A DNA stretch of 64,000 bases from assembly GCA_965287045.1 (NCBI GenBank), contig OZ336883.1:48360001-48424000 (forward strand), read 5' to 3'. Position 1 is the stretch's first letter. Each line of letters begins with the position of its first letter. The notes beneath the pieces were generated by a model, which saw nothing but the letters and a program-made list of their open reading frames with translations, was not told the DNA's origin and did not search any database. The stretch is from Carcharhinus amblyrhynchos. Lineage: Eukaryota. Shown piece after piece: positions 1-12,735 of this stretch. Made by a program: the position numbers and the translations under genes.

Positions 1-274
1 TATGTAAGCAGCCAATTACATTGAAGTATTCTCATAGCCACTAAACCAAGAAGTACCTTTTTTAAAATTAAAAATTTAGTTTGTGAAATAACATGGGGTT
101 AAGGTAGAAGCAGTAATGTCATAAATAAATTTTTAAAAAATGAAATGTGATTTTTGCATTGTAATAGAGAAATTGGACATTCCACAAATATTTAACCAGC
201 TTTTCAGGGCTAGTGATGCTGTTCAGCAAAACATATCAATTTTGTTCACTTTCAAAACTTGTTACACAATTCAA

Positions 275-595
275 ATCATAGAACCCTACAGTGCAGAAAG
301 AGGCCCTTCGACTCTGCACCAAACACAATCCCACCGAGGCCCTGCCCCCATTTCCCTACATATTATACCCACTAATCCCTCTAACCTATACATCCCTAGA
401 CACTAAGGGGCAATTCCTTAGCATAGCCAATCAACCTAACCCGCACATCTTTGGACTATGGGAGAAACCAAAGTATCTGGAGGAAACCCATGTAGACATG
501 AGCAGAATGTGCAAACTCCACACAGACAGTGACCCAAGCCAGGAATCAAACCCAGGACCCTGGAGCTGTGAAGCAGCAGTGCTAACCACTGTGCA
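275..595 (-). mobile_element. tRNA-derived SINE, HE1/V-SINE-like
   Basis: Reverse complement has a tRNA-like head (gcacagtggttagcactgctgc..gggtttgattcc), a V-domain-like core and the CR1-like tail ctgtagggttctatgat. Confidence 0.85.
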
Positions 596-654
596 AGTGT
601 GTCACCCTTTAAAAGTTATAACTTTTCAAGGGTTTTTAGAGCAAGACTAATAAT

Positions 655-800
655 GTAAAGATAAAAACTAAATGCTGTGGATGCTGGAATCTGAAGCAAA
701 ACAGAAAATGCTAAAAAAAAAACAATCTCAGCATGTCTGACAGCATCTGTTGGGAGAGAATAGAGCCAAAATCTAGATGACCTTTCATTAGAGCTTGGGT
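655..800 (-). mobile_element. Penelope-like element terminal fragment with degenerate hammerhead
   Basis: Resembles shark Penelope-type ends (gatgctggaatctg...cagcatctg..gagaga). The minus strand has CTAATGA in place of CTGANGA and no GAAA. Confidence 0.45.
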
Positions 801-2454
801 TCAGCCAAGATCCATTTGGCTTACTCCTGGCACCCATTTCTTAACTCCGTAACTATAAGTGAAAGCATTCTAAAAGGAAACAAAAAAAACATTGTGGGTT
901 TGCCAAATATTATAGATGACATTAATGTGATAACAATTGTGACATAGCCAGAAAATGAGCTTTCCAGCTACAGTTGTTACAGATAGCTAACTGTATTTTC
1001 TACCTGAATATTTTCTGCAGTTAAGTACTGTCCAGTACCTGGCCAAGGTGTAATTACCTACTTGAGCCTTAATAGTGAGAGTAAGGAAGTGAATTGATGG
1101 GGAGGGAGGGTATACTAAATATCCACAAATATGCACTACCAGCAGGGACGCTGAAAGCTGACTGCATTCCCGACGCTAATCGAAAGGCAATAAAACACTA
1201 CCAGCTGCTCTCTTCAGCACAGAATGGTAACTAAACCACAGCAATTTACTCGATGAAGTCGTAACGTTATGGAGGCATGCCAAGAATACAATGAATGTTG
1301 CAATAAGGTTGAAACAAATGTGTGGTTCAGGTCTGCTTCTTAACCTAAGAGCCGGGATAAGATGATTGATAGCTGTGTAAATCGGACATTTCCTCCCCAA
1401 GGAACGCTGTACAACTTCACAATTCGAGTGTTAAATAAATCACAAAAACACACACGAATATGAAATAAGTTATTACATCATTGGATAAGTTTGCATTGGC
1501 AATTCTCGCACAGGATGTGTAGAGAAAAGAAGTTCTCATTTGCACCATAGAATTTGGCGTTTCTGGAACAAATCATGAGCTGCGCTTTGTTGGATGGAGA
1601 TGTGTGGGAGATAAGCTGTATATCGCTGTTCTCCCAGTGAAACCAAGTACAAATCTAATAAAACAGCGACGCCAACTGTCGCTATGGAAAATCGGTCAGA
1701 CAGAACGATATTTAATCCAGAGTGTAATTTTCAATTAATTCAGATGCTGAAAAAAAAACAATGCTGCAATCAGTAGTAAGAGATAGTGATAGGTTTACTA
1801 AGCACAAGAATAGTTAATCTTATTTGAAATGTGCAGTTTATATACTTTCAGCGATTTGGACACAATTGCAGTACCAGTACATGAACTATTCCGTCTGAAG
1901 CAAAGTTCTGGGCTTTAAAATTGAAATAAGTAACAAACCAGTCATAATACTTTGAGTACCAAGTTCTGAGTTTAGTCCCAAGGAAGAGATTGAACATAAA
2001 CTTCTTGTGGACTCAGTACCGCCCTCTTCTGGAATATATGCAGCCTTCAATGTTTCTGGATTGTCTTCAATGTTGAATCATTGTTGCAGTTGCCCAATCG
2101 CTTAAAGTGTATTTATGCCGCGTATGCAAAAATTGACACATTTGGGGGGATGTAGATGAAAAAAAAGCATTATAACAAAGGAGGAAGAGCAACAAATTAT
2201 TCCTAAAGACAAGGGATGTGACACCAGCTTCAGGAATTTATCATGAGATTCATTGTAGTAAACCTGTTTCTTAGAAGTTTCCACATTGTCTGTAGATGGT
2301 CTCATGTCCTTCTCATGCTGTGAGATCACAAGATGGCGAAGGCCATTTGGTTCATCTAAGTACATGTATTCAAAAGAACCCAGCGCTTACTCATTAGCAA
2401 TATGTCTTTTTTTTATATTATTCTGGAGTTTTTACTTTTCTATTCGAAACCACA

Positions 2455-3470
2455 GGGAGGGTTCTCCCCAAAAACCCAAAGTGCCCCACGGGCAGGAAAA
2501 CGGTAGTATTTCCCACTTTTTTTTGGGCAAGTTGAATAGAATGAATCTCTGGATGTCTGTGCATCACAGGTTCCGTAACGTGATTCAATCCGATAGGGGG
2601 GTGGGGGACACTAAACCGGCTGGTGTGACCGGAATCAACGCGTTCAGCGGGCCACTGTACATGTGCTGATCTGTCAGTGCATGCACTCTGGCCTCCCAAT
2701 TATTGCTTCCCAGGCACCCCTGCCTACCCAATTGCCTGCTTCCCAACTCCCCTCCCCTCCCTCAATCACTGGCCCCCCCAACAGCCCCCGTCCCGTCCTG
2801 GACCAGCTGCAATCGCCAGAACCTATGGTCAGCCCCGAACCCCCCGCCATGGCCAGTCCGACACCTTCCCCATACACAGCCTCAACTGTCCCCTCCATGT
2901 CCAGCCTCAATCGCCAGAAACCATGTTCAGTCTGACCCTTCCATGTCCACCCCAATGCCCTGTCATGGCCAATCCAATCGCCGCCATGTCCATCCCCCTC
3001 CCTCACCTCCTCTCTCCGAACCTCATCGATCCCTAATGCAGAGTGCGCAGCAGGTCCCCTCCTGTACAATGACCGATTGGCCCCACCACTCCAGTAGGCC
3101 CCATCCCTTTCAGTCCCCGCTCCCTTGGCATGATCTGGTGCCCAGTGGGAAGTGCCATGGTGCCCAGTGAGCAGTGCCAAGGTGCAAGACTGGCACTGCC
3201 TGTGTGCCAGGCTGGCACTGCCCAAGGGGCACCCAGCCTTGGACCTCACATCCCAAAGGTGCCTCAAGGGCCTCTGTTCCCACTGGCAGGGTGATCACAC
3301 CTGGTCCCTGTTGATGGGGACTACCTTTCATCCCCACTGTTGGAAACCTACCCAGCAGGATGGCAGACACTGGCAAGACCAGAGAATATTATTCCGGGCT
3401 CACTAATCATATTGAAATGTGAATTTCAATATTATGATCAATGATTACAAGTCCCCTGGTATCCTGGCCT
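2455..3470. mobile_element. GC-rich non-autonomous DNA element (Harbinger-like MITE), truncated
   Basis: Starts ggg..ttctccc and shares ggcactgcc/gtgcca internal motifs with the elements at 5585-6310, 9450-10230 and 20030-20390. Confidence 0.6.
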
Positions 3471-3477
3471 GCTTCAT

Positions 3478-3722
3478 TATCTGAAATTAAACTCAAACCC
3501 CCTGTTAATAAACACTAACACACTATAAGCCTTTTTCACGGCTCTATCCAATTGAGTGGCAACCTTCAGAGATCTGTGGATATGAACCCTAAGATCTTTC
3601 TGTTCCTTTACATTCCTCAGAACCCTGCCGTTGACCCTGTAATCCGCATTCAAGTTTGTCCTACCAAAATGAATCACCTTGCACTTGTCAGGGTTAAACT
3701 CCATCTGCCATTTTTCAGCCAG
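3478..3722 (-). mobile_element. CR1 LINE ORF2 fragment
   Basis: WQMEFNPDKCKVIHFG...KDLRVHIHRSLKVATQLDRAVKKA is the typical CR1 post-RT region. Confidence 0.85.
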
Positions 3723-4049
3723 GAGAATCTCCCCCCATATTCCATGCACTTTATGTGAAGAAGAGTTCCCTAAGAAGAAAGGTCCTGAATTTGCCTTTCA
3801 TTAATTTAACACGTGTCTTTCTTTAGCAGAGAGCTAACATGAGAAGCTGCCCATTTTACCACGTGTATCACATACGGTTTTGAATTCTGAGATAAAAAGG
3901 ACACAAATCAGCCACATGTCGTCTGATTTTGCTATCCACTGAAAAATTGAGAAGTGTGTAAAATGGGCTGACCTAGTCCGTGGAGCTCCTGCTAATTAAA
4001 GTTAGCAAATGGTGTCTTAAGGTTTTAGGTTGCATTACATGAGAAGGCA

Positions 4050-4370
4050 TAGGAGGTTGGCAAGATAATGGGAAGTGAAGCAAAAGTGAAGTAGAATAAA
4101 TGAGTGGGCAAAACTATGACAGATGGAATTCAATGTGGAGCAGGGTGCAGCCCCAACCACTTGAGAAAGACAGAATATTTTCTTAATGGTAAGTAACTAG
4201 GAGCAGGGCAGGAATTTGTAGGGTGCCCACATACACAACTCATTAAAAGTTAATGAAGTGATAAAAATGTAATCCTGAGGGCAAATGGAATGTTGGCCTC
4301 CATCCAAAAAATGTTGGCATTCAAAACTGAGGAAATTATCCCTCAGCTCACAAATTAATAAAGAGATTAT
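4050..4370 (+). mobile_element. Decayed CR1 LINE fragment
   Basis: gagtgggcaaaa..cagatggaattcaatgtgg and aaatggaatgttggcc, homologous to the other CR1 copies. Confidence 0.6.
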
Positions 4371-4399
4371 TTTCTGCAGTTTTTCCAGATCATTTAAAA

Positions 4400-5582
4400 G
4401 ACAATAAACAATTTGCATTTATATAGCACTTCTAACCAGTAAAATGTCAAGGAACATCACCATTCAAAATTTGATACTATGTAAGGAAATTTTGATGCAG
4501 TTGATGAAAATCTTGGTCAAAGAGATAGATTTTAAAGAGATTCTTTAACGAAGGAGACTTAAGAAGAGAAGCAGACACATTTACAGAGAATTCAGTTGGG
4601 AAGCCATGGCTGTCAAAGTTTCAGCATTTAAAACTGGGGGCAAACACAATGCCAGGATTGGACACATGCAGAAATCTCAGTGTCGCTGGCCTGGAAGAGA
4701 TTACAGGGATAGAAAAGGCCATGGCCATGAAGAACTATGAAAACAAGATGAGAATTTTAAAATCAAGGGGCACATTTTACTGTTCTGCCCACCATGGGAA
4801 TTGGAGCGGGTGAGGGGCAGACCATGGAAAGGTCCATTGACATCACACGGGATTTTCTGGTTTCAGGGCGAGCGAGGCCAGAAACTCCTGCAAAAGGTGT
4901 TGCCAGACTGAATCATAAATACTTAATACCTGTACAGAACGTGTAAGTTCAAATTCAATTAGCTGAGGGACTGAACCATTTTGTGCTCTCAAGCAAGAGG
5001 GAGCCAGAAAATGGCAGGAAAATGAAATGTGTCTTCAGATTGCTTCCCCAAGCAGCCAACACAGACATGATGGTTTGAATGACTTTCTCTTCATGGTGTG
5101 GATTTCTTTTGTTCTTTGGTTTGATGTATTTGTACCTGTAGTGTGTTACTATCTCTGTTTAATGATTTGAATTGTGAATGGTTTTAACAATGATTTTCAA
5201 TAGTCTTAGTCAATAATCTCACTACTTTCCCACAACAATTTGTGTTTTAATCATGCTATAACATCTGAAAGTGCTTCACAGCAGCATCATCAAACAAAAT
5301 TAAACATCAAGCTACATAAGGGTTTGGTAAAGGTCGTTTATAAGATGCATTTCAATGGAGGAGAGATAGAACGAGAGGAAAGCAGAGAGATTTAAGGAGG
5401 GAATTCCAGAACTTAGGGTCTAAGCAGCTGAAGGCATGCTTACCAATTGATGGAGGGACGTGCAAGAATTTGTTGTGCGTAGAAATCTCAGAAGATTATA
5501 GGGTCTGCGGGAAGTTACAGAGATGCGGAAAGGCAAAGCCATAAAGGAATTTGAAAACAAGATTAAGAAATTTAAAATCGAG
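4400..5582 (-). mobile_element. Two decayed L2-like LINE 3' fragments (about 4400-4910 and 5240-5582)
   Basis: tttgcatttatatagc end and gagagatttagggaggga..ttccag..gccatggagggatttgaaaacaag motifs; inverse homologue of 17420-18160. Confidence 0.6.
4768..4895. mobile_element. Short (~125 bp) MITE; related copies at about 7137-7258 and 8795-8925
   Basis: The 4768 and 8795 copies share ttctgcccacca...accatg(g/c)aaaggtccattgac, with short imperfect TIRs and 3-bp flanks (aag/aag, cag/cag). The 7137 copy is inverted and more diverged. Confidence 0.6.
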
Positions 5583-5584
5583 GA

Positions 5585-6310
5585 GGGCAATCTTACAAAA
5601 AAATTCTAAGTGCCAGACAAACGTGAAAACCAGAGAAATTTGTGCCATTTATTTGGGCGACTTAAAAATCAAATTTTATCTCCTCTGACAAAAAAATTCA
5701 GATAAAACGTGAAATCCACCTGTAGGGGGTGTGTACCGGGCCTAAATCACCCAGAAGCCGACTGATAGCAGCAGAGGGCACAATTGTGCATTCTCAGACC
5801 TCTGTGCTCTGAGAGGACAGATGCCAAAACCCAACCTCCTCCCCCAATTCCCCCTCCAACCGCGGGGCTCCACAACCAATCACCAATCCTCCCTCCCCAC
5901 ACAGGATAGATCGCCAAATCCCAGACTCAGACTGATCACCACCTCCCCTCAGGCCCCATCCCCTGATATGGCCTGGTGCCCAGTGGGCACTGCCAGATTG
6001 GCACTGCCAGGATGCTCAGTGGGCAATGCCAGGGTGCCAGTTTCTACCAGTGAGACCATCACATCGTGTCCCTGTTATGTGGACCCTATGTAATCCTCAA
6101 CTGAGGGAAGCCTTCCCATGCGAGGCCACAGATGCAAGTGAACCCAGACGTTTCCATTCCGGGCTCGCTAATTCTATTCAAATTATGTTTCAAATATATT
6201 TAAATATTATAATCTGCCTTGTGCCAGATATTCTGTGCCAGCAAGATCGCGAGAGGCGAGAATCATGCGTGAACATCGGCCTGCAGAGCGCAATGGTAAG
6301 TTTGTCCCAG
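5585..6310. mobile_element. GC-rich Harbinger-like MITE
   Basis: Termini gggcaatcttac ... ggtaagtttgtccc are imperfect TIRs; it interrupts an L2 copy. Confidence 0.65.
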
Positions 6311-6801
6311 GTATTATTGATCAGAAGCCAATGTGGACCAGTGAATATACGCTTGGAGCAACACATGTATGTTTAACCCATAATGCTTTTCAGAACAGAA
6401 AGTTTCCTCACTTTATTACTCCCATGGGGTTCTCACTCAGTGGCTTCAAAAGAAAGGGTGGAAGGATGCTGTGGTGGGAGTTCTGTGATGACTGTGGCTG
6501 AGTGGACTCAGCAACAGATTTCTGTACTTGGATGTTACGACCACATGAAGACAGGTAAAATGACTGCCCTATTCTATCACTGCAAGTCTGATTGTAACAG
6601 GTTTTCTTTGTGAATTTATGAGAAAGCTTTGCTTAACCACTTACGTGCTGATTGCAAAGAAACCAGTCTGACAGGCTTTCTTGAATTTAGGACACAAAAT
6701 AGTTTGTTTTTTTATTGAGATAAAAACCCACCCAGGTAAAGATATAAGGATAATAAAAAATGGTAAACGCAAGTCCCAATCTTCATAACACCCCTGCATG
6801 G

Positions 6802-6808
<7 letters not shown>

Positions 6809-6839
<31 letters not shown>
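6809..6839. repeat. (CA)n microsatellite
   Basis: About 15 perfect CA units. Confidence 0.95.
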
Positions 6840-6841
<2 letters not shown>

Positions 6842-9449
6842 ACATAGACAACATGCATAATTACAAGCTCTAAAATAGGAAGTTACTCTTTGCCCAAATT
6901 AAAATTCACTGATAAAAGGCCAAAAATAGTTAGTTCACTGTTAAAGAGTCTTTCACATTTACTGTGGTTAAAGCAAAGTTTTTTGACTGTGGTCTTGAAA
7001 TTTCAGTGAACTTGAAGCTGATGTAAACTGTAATTTTTGAAGACGATATAATCTATCTTTTCCAAAGATTGCACCTGATGTTCCTTTCAATGAAAATTCT
7101 CTATCTCTGTGCTGGATTTCAAATTGCAACAGAGATAGGTGCCAGAATTTTCCGCCTTGCCTGCCCTAGGGTCATAAGATCCCACCCGAGGCCAACGGAA
7201 CATGCGAGCCTCGCATGCCCTGATTCCGGAGTGGGCATGCTGGTAAAATTCCGGCTTGAGTCTTAAATTTGAGGATAGCGATGGTTCATTATTGCTCCAT
7301 GCTTCCAGACTTCTGCTTAGCGGCTTGGGTATTGTGATTCTAGGCAGACGATCTCTCTCTTCGCAATGATTTGTGAAGGTAATTGATTAGCTGATATTTG
7401 GTCAGACCATGGCTATTGTTTTCTGGCCTAGCTGATCAACTTCAATAATGTTCCAGTAACTGACTATTGAATAATCCATCCTCCATCTTGATGAGGTAGG
7501 AAGGATAACTTCCATGTAATTATTGGCCCAGTAGACTTTCTGTCTCCACTTGAAAGATAGATTTATAAAATGCAAATGATGAGGACAGTACAGTTCATCC
7601 TTTGAAGTTGTTCTTTGTATCAGCAGGTGTTAAATTCCATAAGAGGCTTTCTTGTCATGTCTTAATTGGAATTCACATTGGAAACTTTCAGAAACGGGCT
7701 AATTGTAATTGCAGATGTCAGGTGACTTGTGGCAGCTGTCAATGTCTATGCTTTCTTTCTTTCAGGCTCCTTTTAAAGCAGTTCAATATATACTTGATCA
7801 GCCGTGAAATTACTGATCAACCTCACACTTGTGCACACCACATTATCATGCTTCTGCTGGTCCCTTTTGGCTCAGCAACTGGGTTTCTGGCACCATTCCA
7901 AGTACTTATTGTGCAGATGACAAATGATACCCTGAGAAATGACAAAGCCTGGCACTTCAACTGGGTTACTTGTGCCCCACCTGGGGCTGGCATTACTGGT
8001 TCACAGATGGCAGACTGCAGAACATGATTAACTCCTATCCATTTGCTCCACAAACATCTTCAAGGTAGACATCTGTCTTTCCAAGGCAGATAATATCTGT
8101 CTACCCAGTTCTGTCTATCCAAGCAAAACTCTAATCCCCTGATAGAGAAGGGATTTGGAGGAAAGAAGGAAAAGTGGTCACTCTGCCAGAGGTATGAAAA
8201 AACTCTTACAGGGTATTTACCATGCGACACAGCAAACCAGACAGAACAATATGCTAGATTTAATGGTCCAGTGCTGGTAGTAGAAAGGAATGGGATGAGA
8301 AAATGCACAATTTTGCCAGCAATGTACTATGAACGCCCAATACAACTCTGGGAAGGCAATAAAGATAAAACAACATCTCCAGCCTCATCCCAGAGGACCT
8401 TGGGGACAGATACAGATTGATTTTTTAAGTTTGTTACCGCCATTATAAAACATATTTCCTAGTAATTATGGATCAGTCTAAAAGGTGGGTGAAAGCATTT
8501 CTTTCTAGATGTTGCTCCGCTTTCACAGACCATAGAGGGGGGAACAAATGCAATGCCTTGGAGAGGCAAAGTCCGAGAGTGCGTTAGAGAACTGAGTAAA
8601 CAAATGTATTTGATTAAGAAAGAAGTTAGAGACTGACAAGCAGTGCAAGATTTGAACAGTGATCAGCAAGTTGAAAAATCAAGAATACCACAAGGTGAGG
8701 TAAAGATGGGACTAGAATGTAGCAGTCTCTAACCGTGGTGGCTTGGACCATACCAGGTGACAGGTGGTCCATGTGTACCTGTAAATACAAAGACAGAGAG
8801 TGAAATTTTCTCATTCTGCCCACCACAGGCATCATTGTGGGTGGGACTCAGACCATGCAAAGGTCCATTGACCTCAAGTAGGATCTTCCGGCTTTGGGGC
8901 AAATGCAGCTGAAAAATCCTGTCCAGGAAGTTGTTAGAAGCATTATACTCAGTTAAAAATGTATAAGGATCCTAACACACTTGATGACCACACGACTGGT
9001 GGGGAGCTACATTAATATTTTCACAGGTTCCTATTTACTCTGATGACTATTGCGGAACTGTATACATCAGCTACCAACCGGAGGAACAAGAGAGTACATA
9101 AAGAAACCCAATATTTGGATATCGAATCACGTGACCCCAACCAGTCATTGGACACAAGTAATCGTGCCGTCTTGGGGAGGAACTGAGACAAAGCGTGAGG
9201 TTTTTGTGCCCCCGGAAAGGCTAGGCATGCCAATCTGAATCACTGATCCATATTGTGGATAGTCTGAGAAAGGATGGGAGAATAGGATGGGAACCTGATA
9301 TTGTGGCCTCTCCATAGGGTGGCAATTCAAGAGGGAGATAAAAGGGGCAGCCCGTTCATAACACACTCTGAGATGGAACTCAGAGATGAAAAAGACTCAG
9401 AGGCAACTTGGCTATTAAAAAGATTTACAATTCAAATACTGTGGTGGGA

Positions 9450-10230
9450 AGGGCAATCTTAGAAAAAAAATTCTTTGACCAGGATGAGCGTGAAAATGGG
9501 AAAGTTTCTGGTCTATTTTTTTGAACGATTTCAAATCTGCAGTCTTATCCACTGAGATTAAAAAAGAACCTCAAATGGTTAAATTGACTGGACGCTGGCT
9601 ATGAACAGCAGCTGGTGCAATTTTGTGACTCAGCTTCTGCTGCTGTCAGTCAGCCTCGCACAAGGTTCCCCCCATGGCCAGCCCCAATTGTTCCCCTTCC
9701 TCCCCGCCAATCTCTAGTGCAGAGTGACAGCAGATTCCACTCCCAACACTGACCAGCCACCCCGGTCTGACTGCACCCACTGTAGGCCCTGTCCCCTTGA
9801 GCTCCACCCCTTTGGCACTGCCTGATGCCCAATGGGCAATGCTGGGGTGCATGGTAGGCAGAGCCAGGCTGCCAGGCAGGCAATGCCAGTCTTTCACTCC
9901 CCAATGGGCACCCGGCTTGCCCCCAACCACCCCAGGGGAGCTGAATGGCGTCTGGTCCTACCAGCGCTGGGGACCATACGTGATCCACACCGGAGGGAGT
10001 ATCTCCTGTTGAGGCCATAGGTGCAAGTGAGCCTGGACAGTAGTGTCCCAGGCTTATTAAATTAAAAATAAATATATTCAAATTTCCAGCATGAGGCTGA
10101 CCTCGCTGGATATCCGGTGCTGGCAAGATACAAGAAATTAGGCGTGAACCTGATTTCTTGGCTCTTGCGACCTTACCGGCTCACCCTGCCCGTCAGCCTG
10201 CGGAATGCAATGGTAAGATCACCTTCTGGG
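9450..10230. mobile_element. GC-rich Harbinger-like MITE
   Basis: gggcaatcttag ... gcaatggtaagatcacc termini match the 5585-6310 element. Confidence 0.65.
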
Positions 10231-10939
10231 ATTGTAGAAATATTTATTCAATGTTACGGAACCTGTCCTTGAGGGCCAGCATTGTCAAGAGCTATGTAAA
10301 CATGTAATAGATAAAACTTGATTGTAGAGATATTAGATGTTACCAGCTTAATGCCTGTGGATATCAAAAACCAAAGTCCAAACATGATAAAGCTCCCCTC
10401 AGACGGATTTAGCAGGAATGAGAAAGCTAAAATTCTAATGCGTGATGTGCAGTTGGGGGTTATCTGAGTGTGACCTATAATATTCCCAGGTTATTAAAGA
10501 TTTTACATTTAATCTTGTCAGAGGTCTGATAGATGAGGTTAGGTTTGACACAAAAGATTTGAGATTTGGAACCACTCCTCAACATTTATTCATCTCCCTG
10601 TACAAAATAAATGTTCTTAATATCTACCGAGCGGCAGTGGTCCCCAGTGACTGGATGGGGCCCCAGTAAAAGGAGCTCTAAAATTCATCATGGCTGTATC
10701 GCAGGAGAGTACATCCAATGGGATCTTTAAGGATAGCTCCAGATTCAAATCATTCGGGACAGAAGAAGAAGAGCTGGATCCAAAGGATACATGACACTTA
10801 AAGAGGGCTCGACATATGGGAGCACAACAGAATGCTGTTCAGAATCAAAGCATTATATAGTGAGTGTTTGTCAGACCTTTGAGCCTCAAGGAAACACAAG
10901 CAAGTTAATCGTTGATATCTTACCATTGGAAGAGGAATT

Positions 10940-12537
10940 TAAAGCAGCGCAGGCAGGCCCCACATAGTTATGCATAATCACCCTGGTGACAGAGATCATA
11001 TCAGGGTTTTACTTTGTGAAAGTAATCACAGTGTTTGCCTGCAAGTGAAAGATTCACTGGCTGTGGAAGGGTTCTACTTGCCAGGAAAAACATCAGGATG
11101 CTTGTTTGGTGCCTCATGGGATGACTCATTAGTCATTGACGACACGCTGGGGACAGGCCATGTGAGAGCCTATGGAAATTACCCATAAAGGTGTTCTAAA
11201 GAACAGACCCATAAAAGATGAATACAGGTGAACCTCGCTACCCAGGCTGCCATTATATTGAAACAATCGGGTAATGGAGAGTGCAGGTCCCGTGTCCACC
11301 CCCATCTTCAAGAGATGACCATTCACCAGTAATTCTAGCATTATTGGAGCAACTTTTGTTGTGATGACGATTCAATTCAGTTGTAATGTCCCTGTCTCTG
11401 GAAGAGGGGATACTTGCATGGTATGCTCAGATACTGGCCTCGGCTTTTTCACAAGGTAGGACACCTTTTGCCTGTTCCTGAAACTTTGCCTTAGCTATAT
11501 CCTTTGACAGTGCTTACAATAATCCATCATCTGGCAATGACACCTTTCTGGAGTATGTTCTCTTAATACTCTTGAGGTTGTCACTATCTGTTGTTGACTA
11601 TCTGGTGGTGATATTAAGGTTCCTATATCGAAATGGGTCCTTTAACACCTGATTTACAAAAGCACTCTCCATCGAGCACAGTGTCCTCCGTACTAGTTAG
11701 AAGACGTTGCTGCTTGATGCCCCTGTAATTCCGAAGCCTCTTTTCTGCATTCTCAGGTGATAAAAAGCTGGCTTTTTGAAAGTCCAAATTGGTTTCTTTT
11801 AGGTAGTTGGGTCAGTTAGACCAGATACCAAACTGTCCTGCAACATTTCATTAGGAAGTGGTCCAAATTCGCAATATTCTTTCAATTTCCCTAACCTAGC
11901 GAAGAACTCAGTGACAGTTCCTCAGGGGTTCTCCCAGCCATGTTGAAACAATATCCCTGAAGGATTACAGAGGGCTTCAGGTTGTAGTGGTTTTATCACC
12001 AGGTCTTCTAGCTCATTAAAAGTTTTGGAGTCGGGGCATCCAGATAGGTCAGATTTTTTATCACGCTGGAAATTGGGACCCCACTTGCCAACAACAATAT
12101 CTTCAACAATAAATGTTTTGTTTTTTGCCTCCTTCAGAGTTGTTAGCACATGTGTTCTATGTATTTGGCACAGTCTTCTCCGTTGTATCTTAGGGTTCAG
12201 TTTTCCCAAAAAGAGACGTAATGATTATTTCTTGCCAAGTAAATTTCTTGACTTAAGGAAGTTGTCTGGAGAGAGAGGTGGAGAAAAAAAATATTTCTCC
12301 TCATCACTAGTCAGCCAAATTCCAGTTTCCCATCACCAAAGAAGAGCCAAACACGCAACTTACAATTAGACAGTTACACTTTGGGATTTGCAACAAGTTG
12401 AGCAGCATGTTGAAAATCCTCTGCTGGCTGTTCCTCATCATGTGAGCCTCACTCACTCAACAAGGAAGCTCATATGACATGAAGTCCAGGAGCAGATCTA
12501 CTGATGATTCCCCATGCACTTCATAGCCAGTGTAACA
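10940..12537 (-). mobile_element. Decayed Ty3/Gypsy LTR retrotransposon, 5' part (LTR, PBS, gag, protease)
   Basis: Aspartyl protease motif LLVNGHLLKMGVDTGPALSI (11129-11341), gag start MGKL.., PBS-like remnant at about 12298-12309, LTR-like end gtaaca at about 12537. Homologous to 55490-59746. Confidence 0.75.
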
Positions 12538-12735
12538 GCTACCATCAGCAAATTTCGAAATTGTATTCTGTATTCCCACATCCAAGTCACTTAAATATCA
12601 TAAAAAGCAATGGTCCTAGCACTGGACACAACCATCTTTAATTCTGAAAAATCACCATTTACCATGACTCCCGGTCTTCTGTCCTTAAGCTATTTTTTTT
12701 AAACAAAGTTGTTTTTTAAACAAAGTTGGCATTTG

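Noticed and set aside
2418-3406. Cluster of overlapping long ORFs (up to 197 aa)
   Set aside because: GC-rich MITE sequence is open in several frames on both strands, with no domain motifs or splice structure.
6530-9400. Possible LTR/ERV-like element (also 10250-10940 and 59750-60800)
   Set aside because: Only TGTTAC-like ends and general composition suggest it; I found no paired LTRs or convincing protein motifs.
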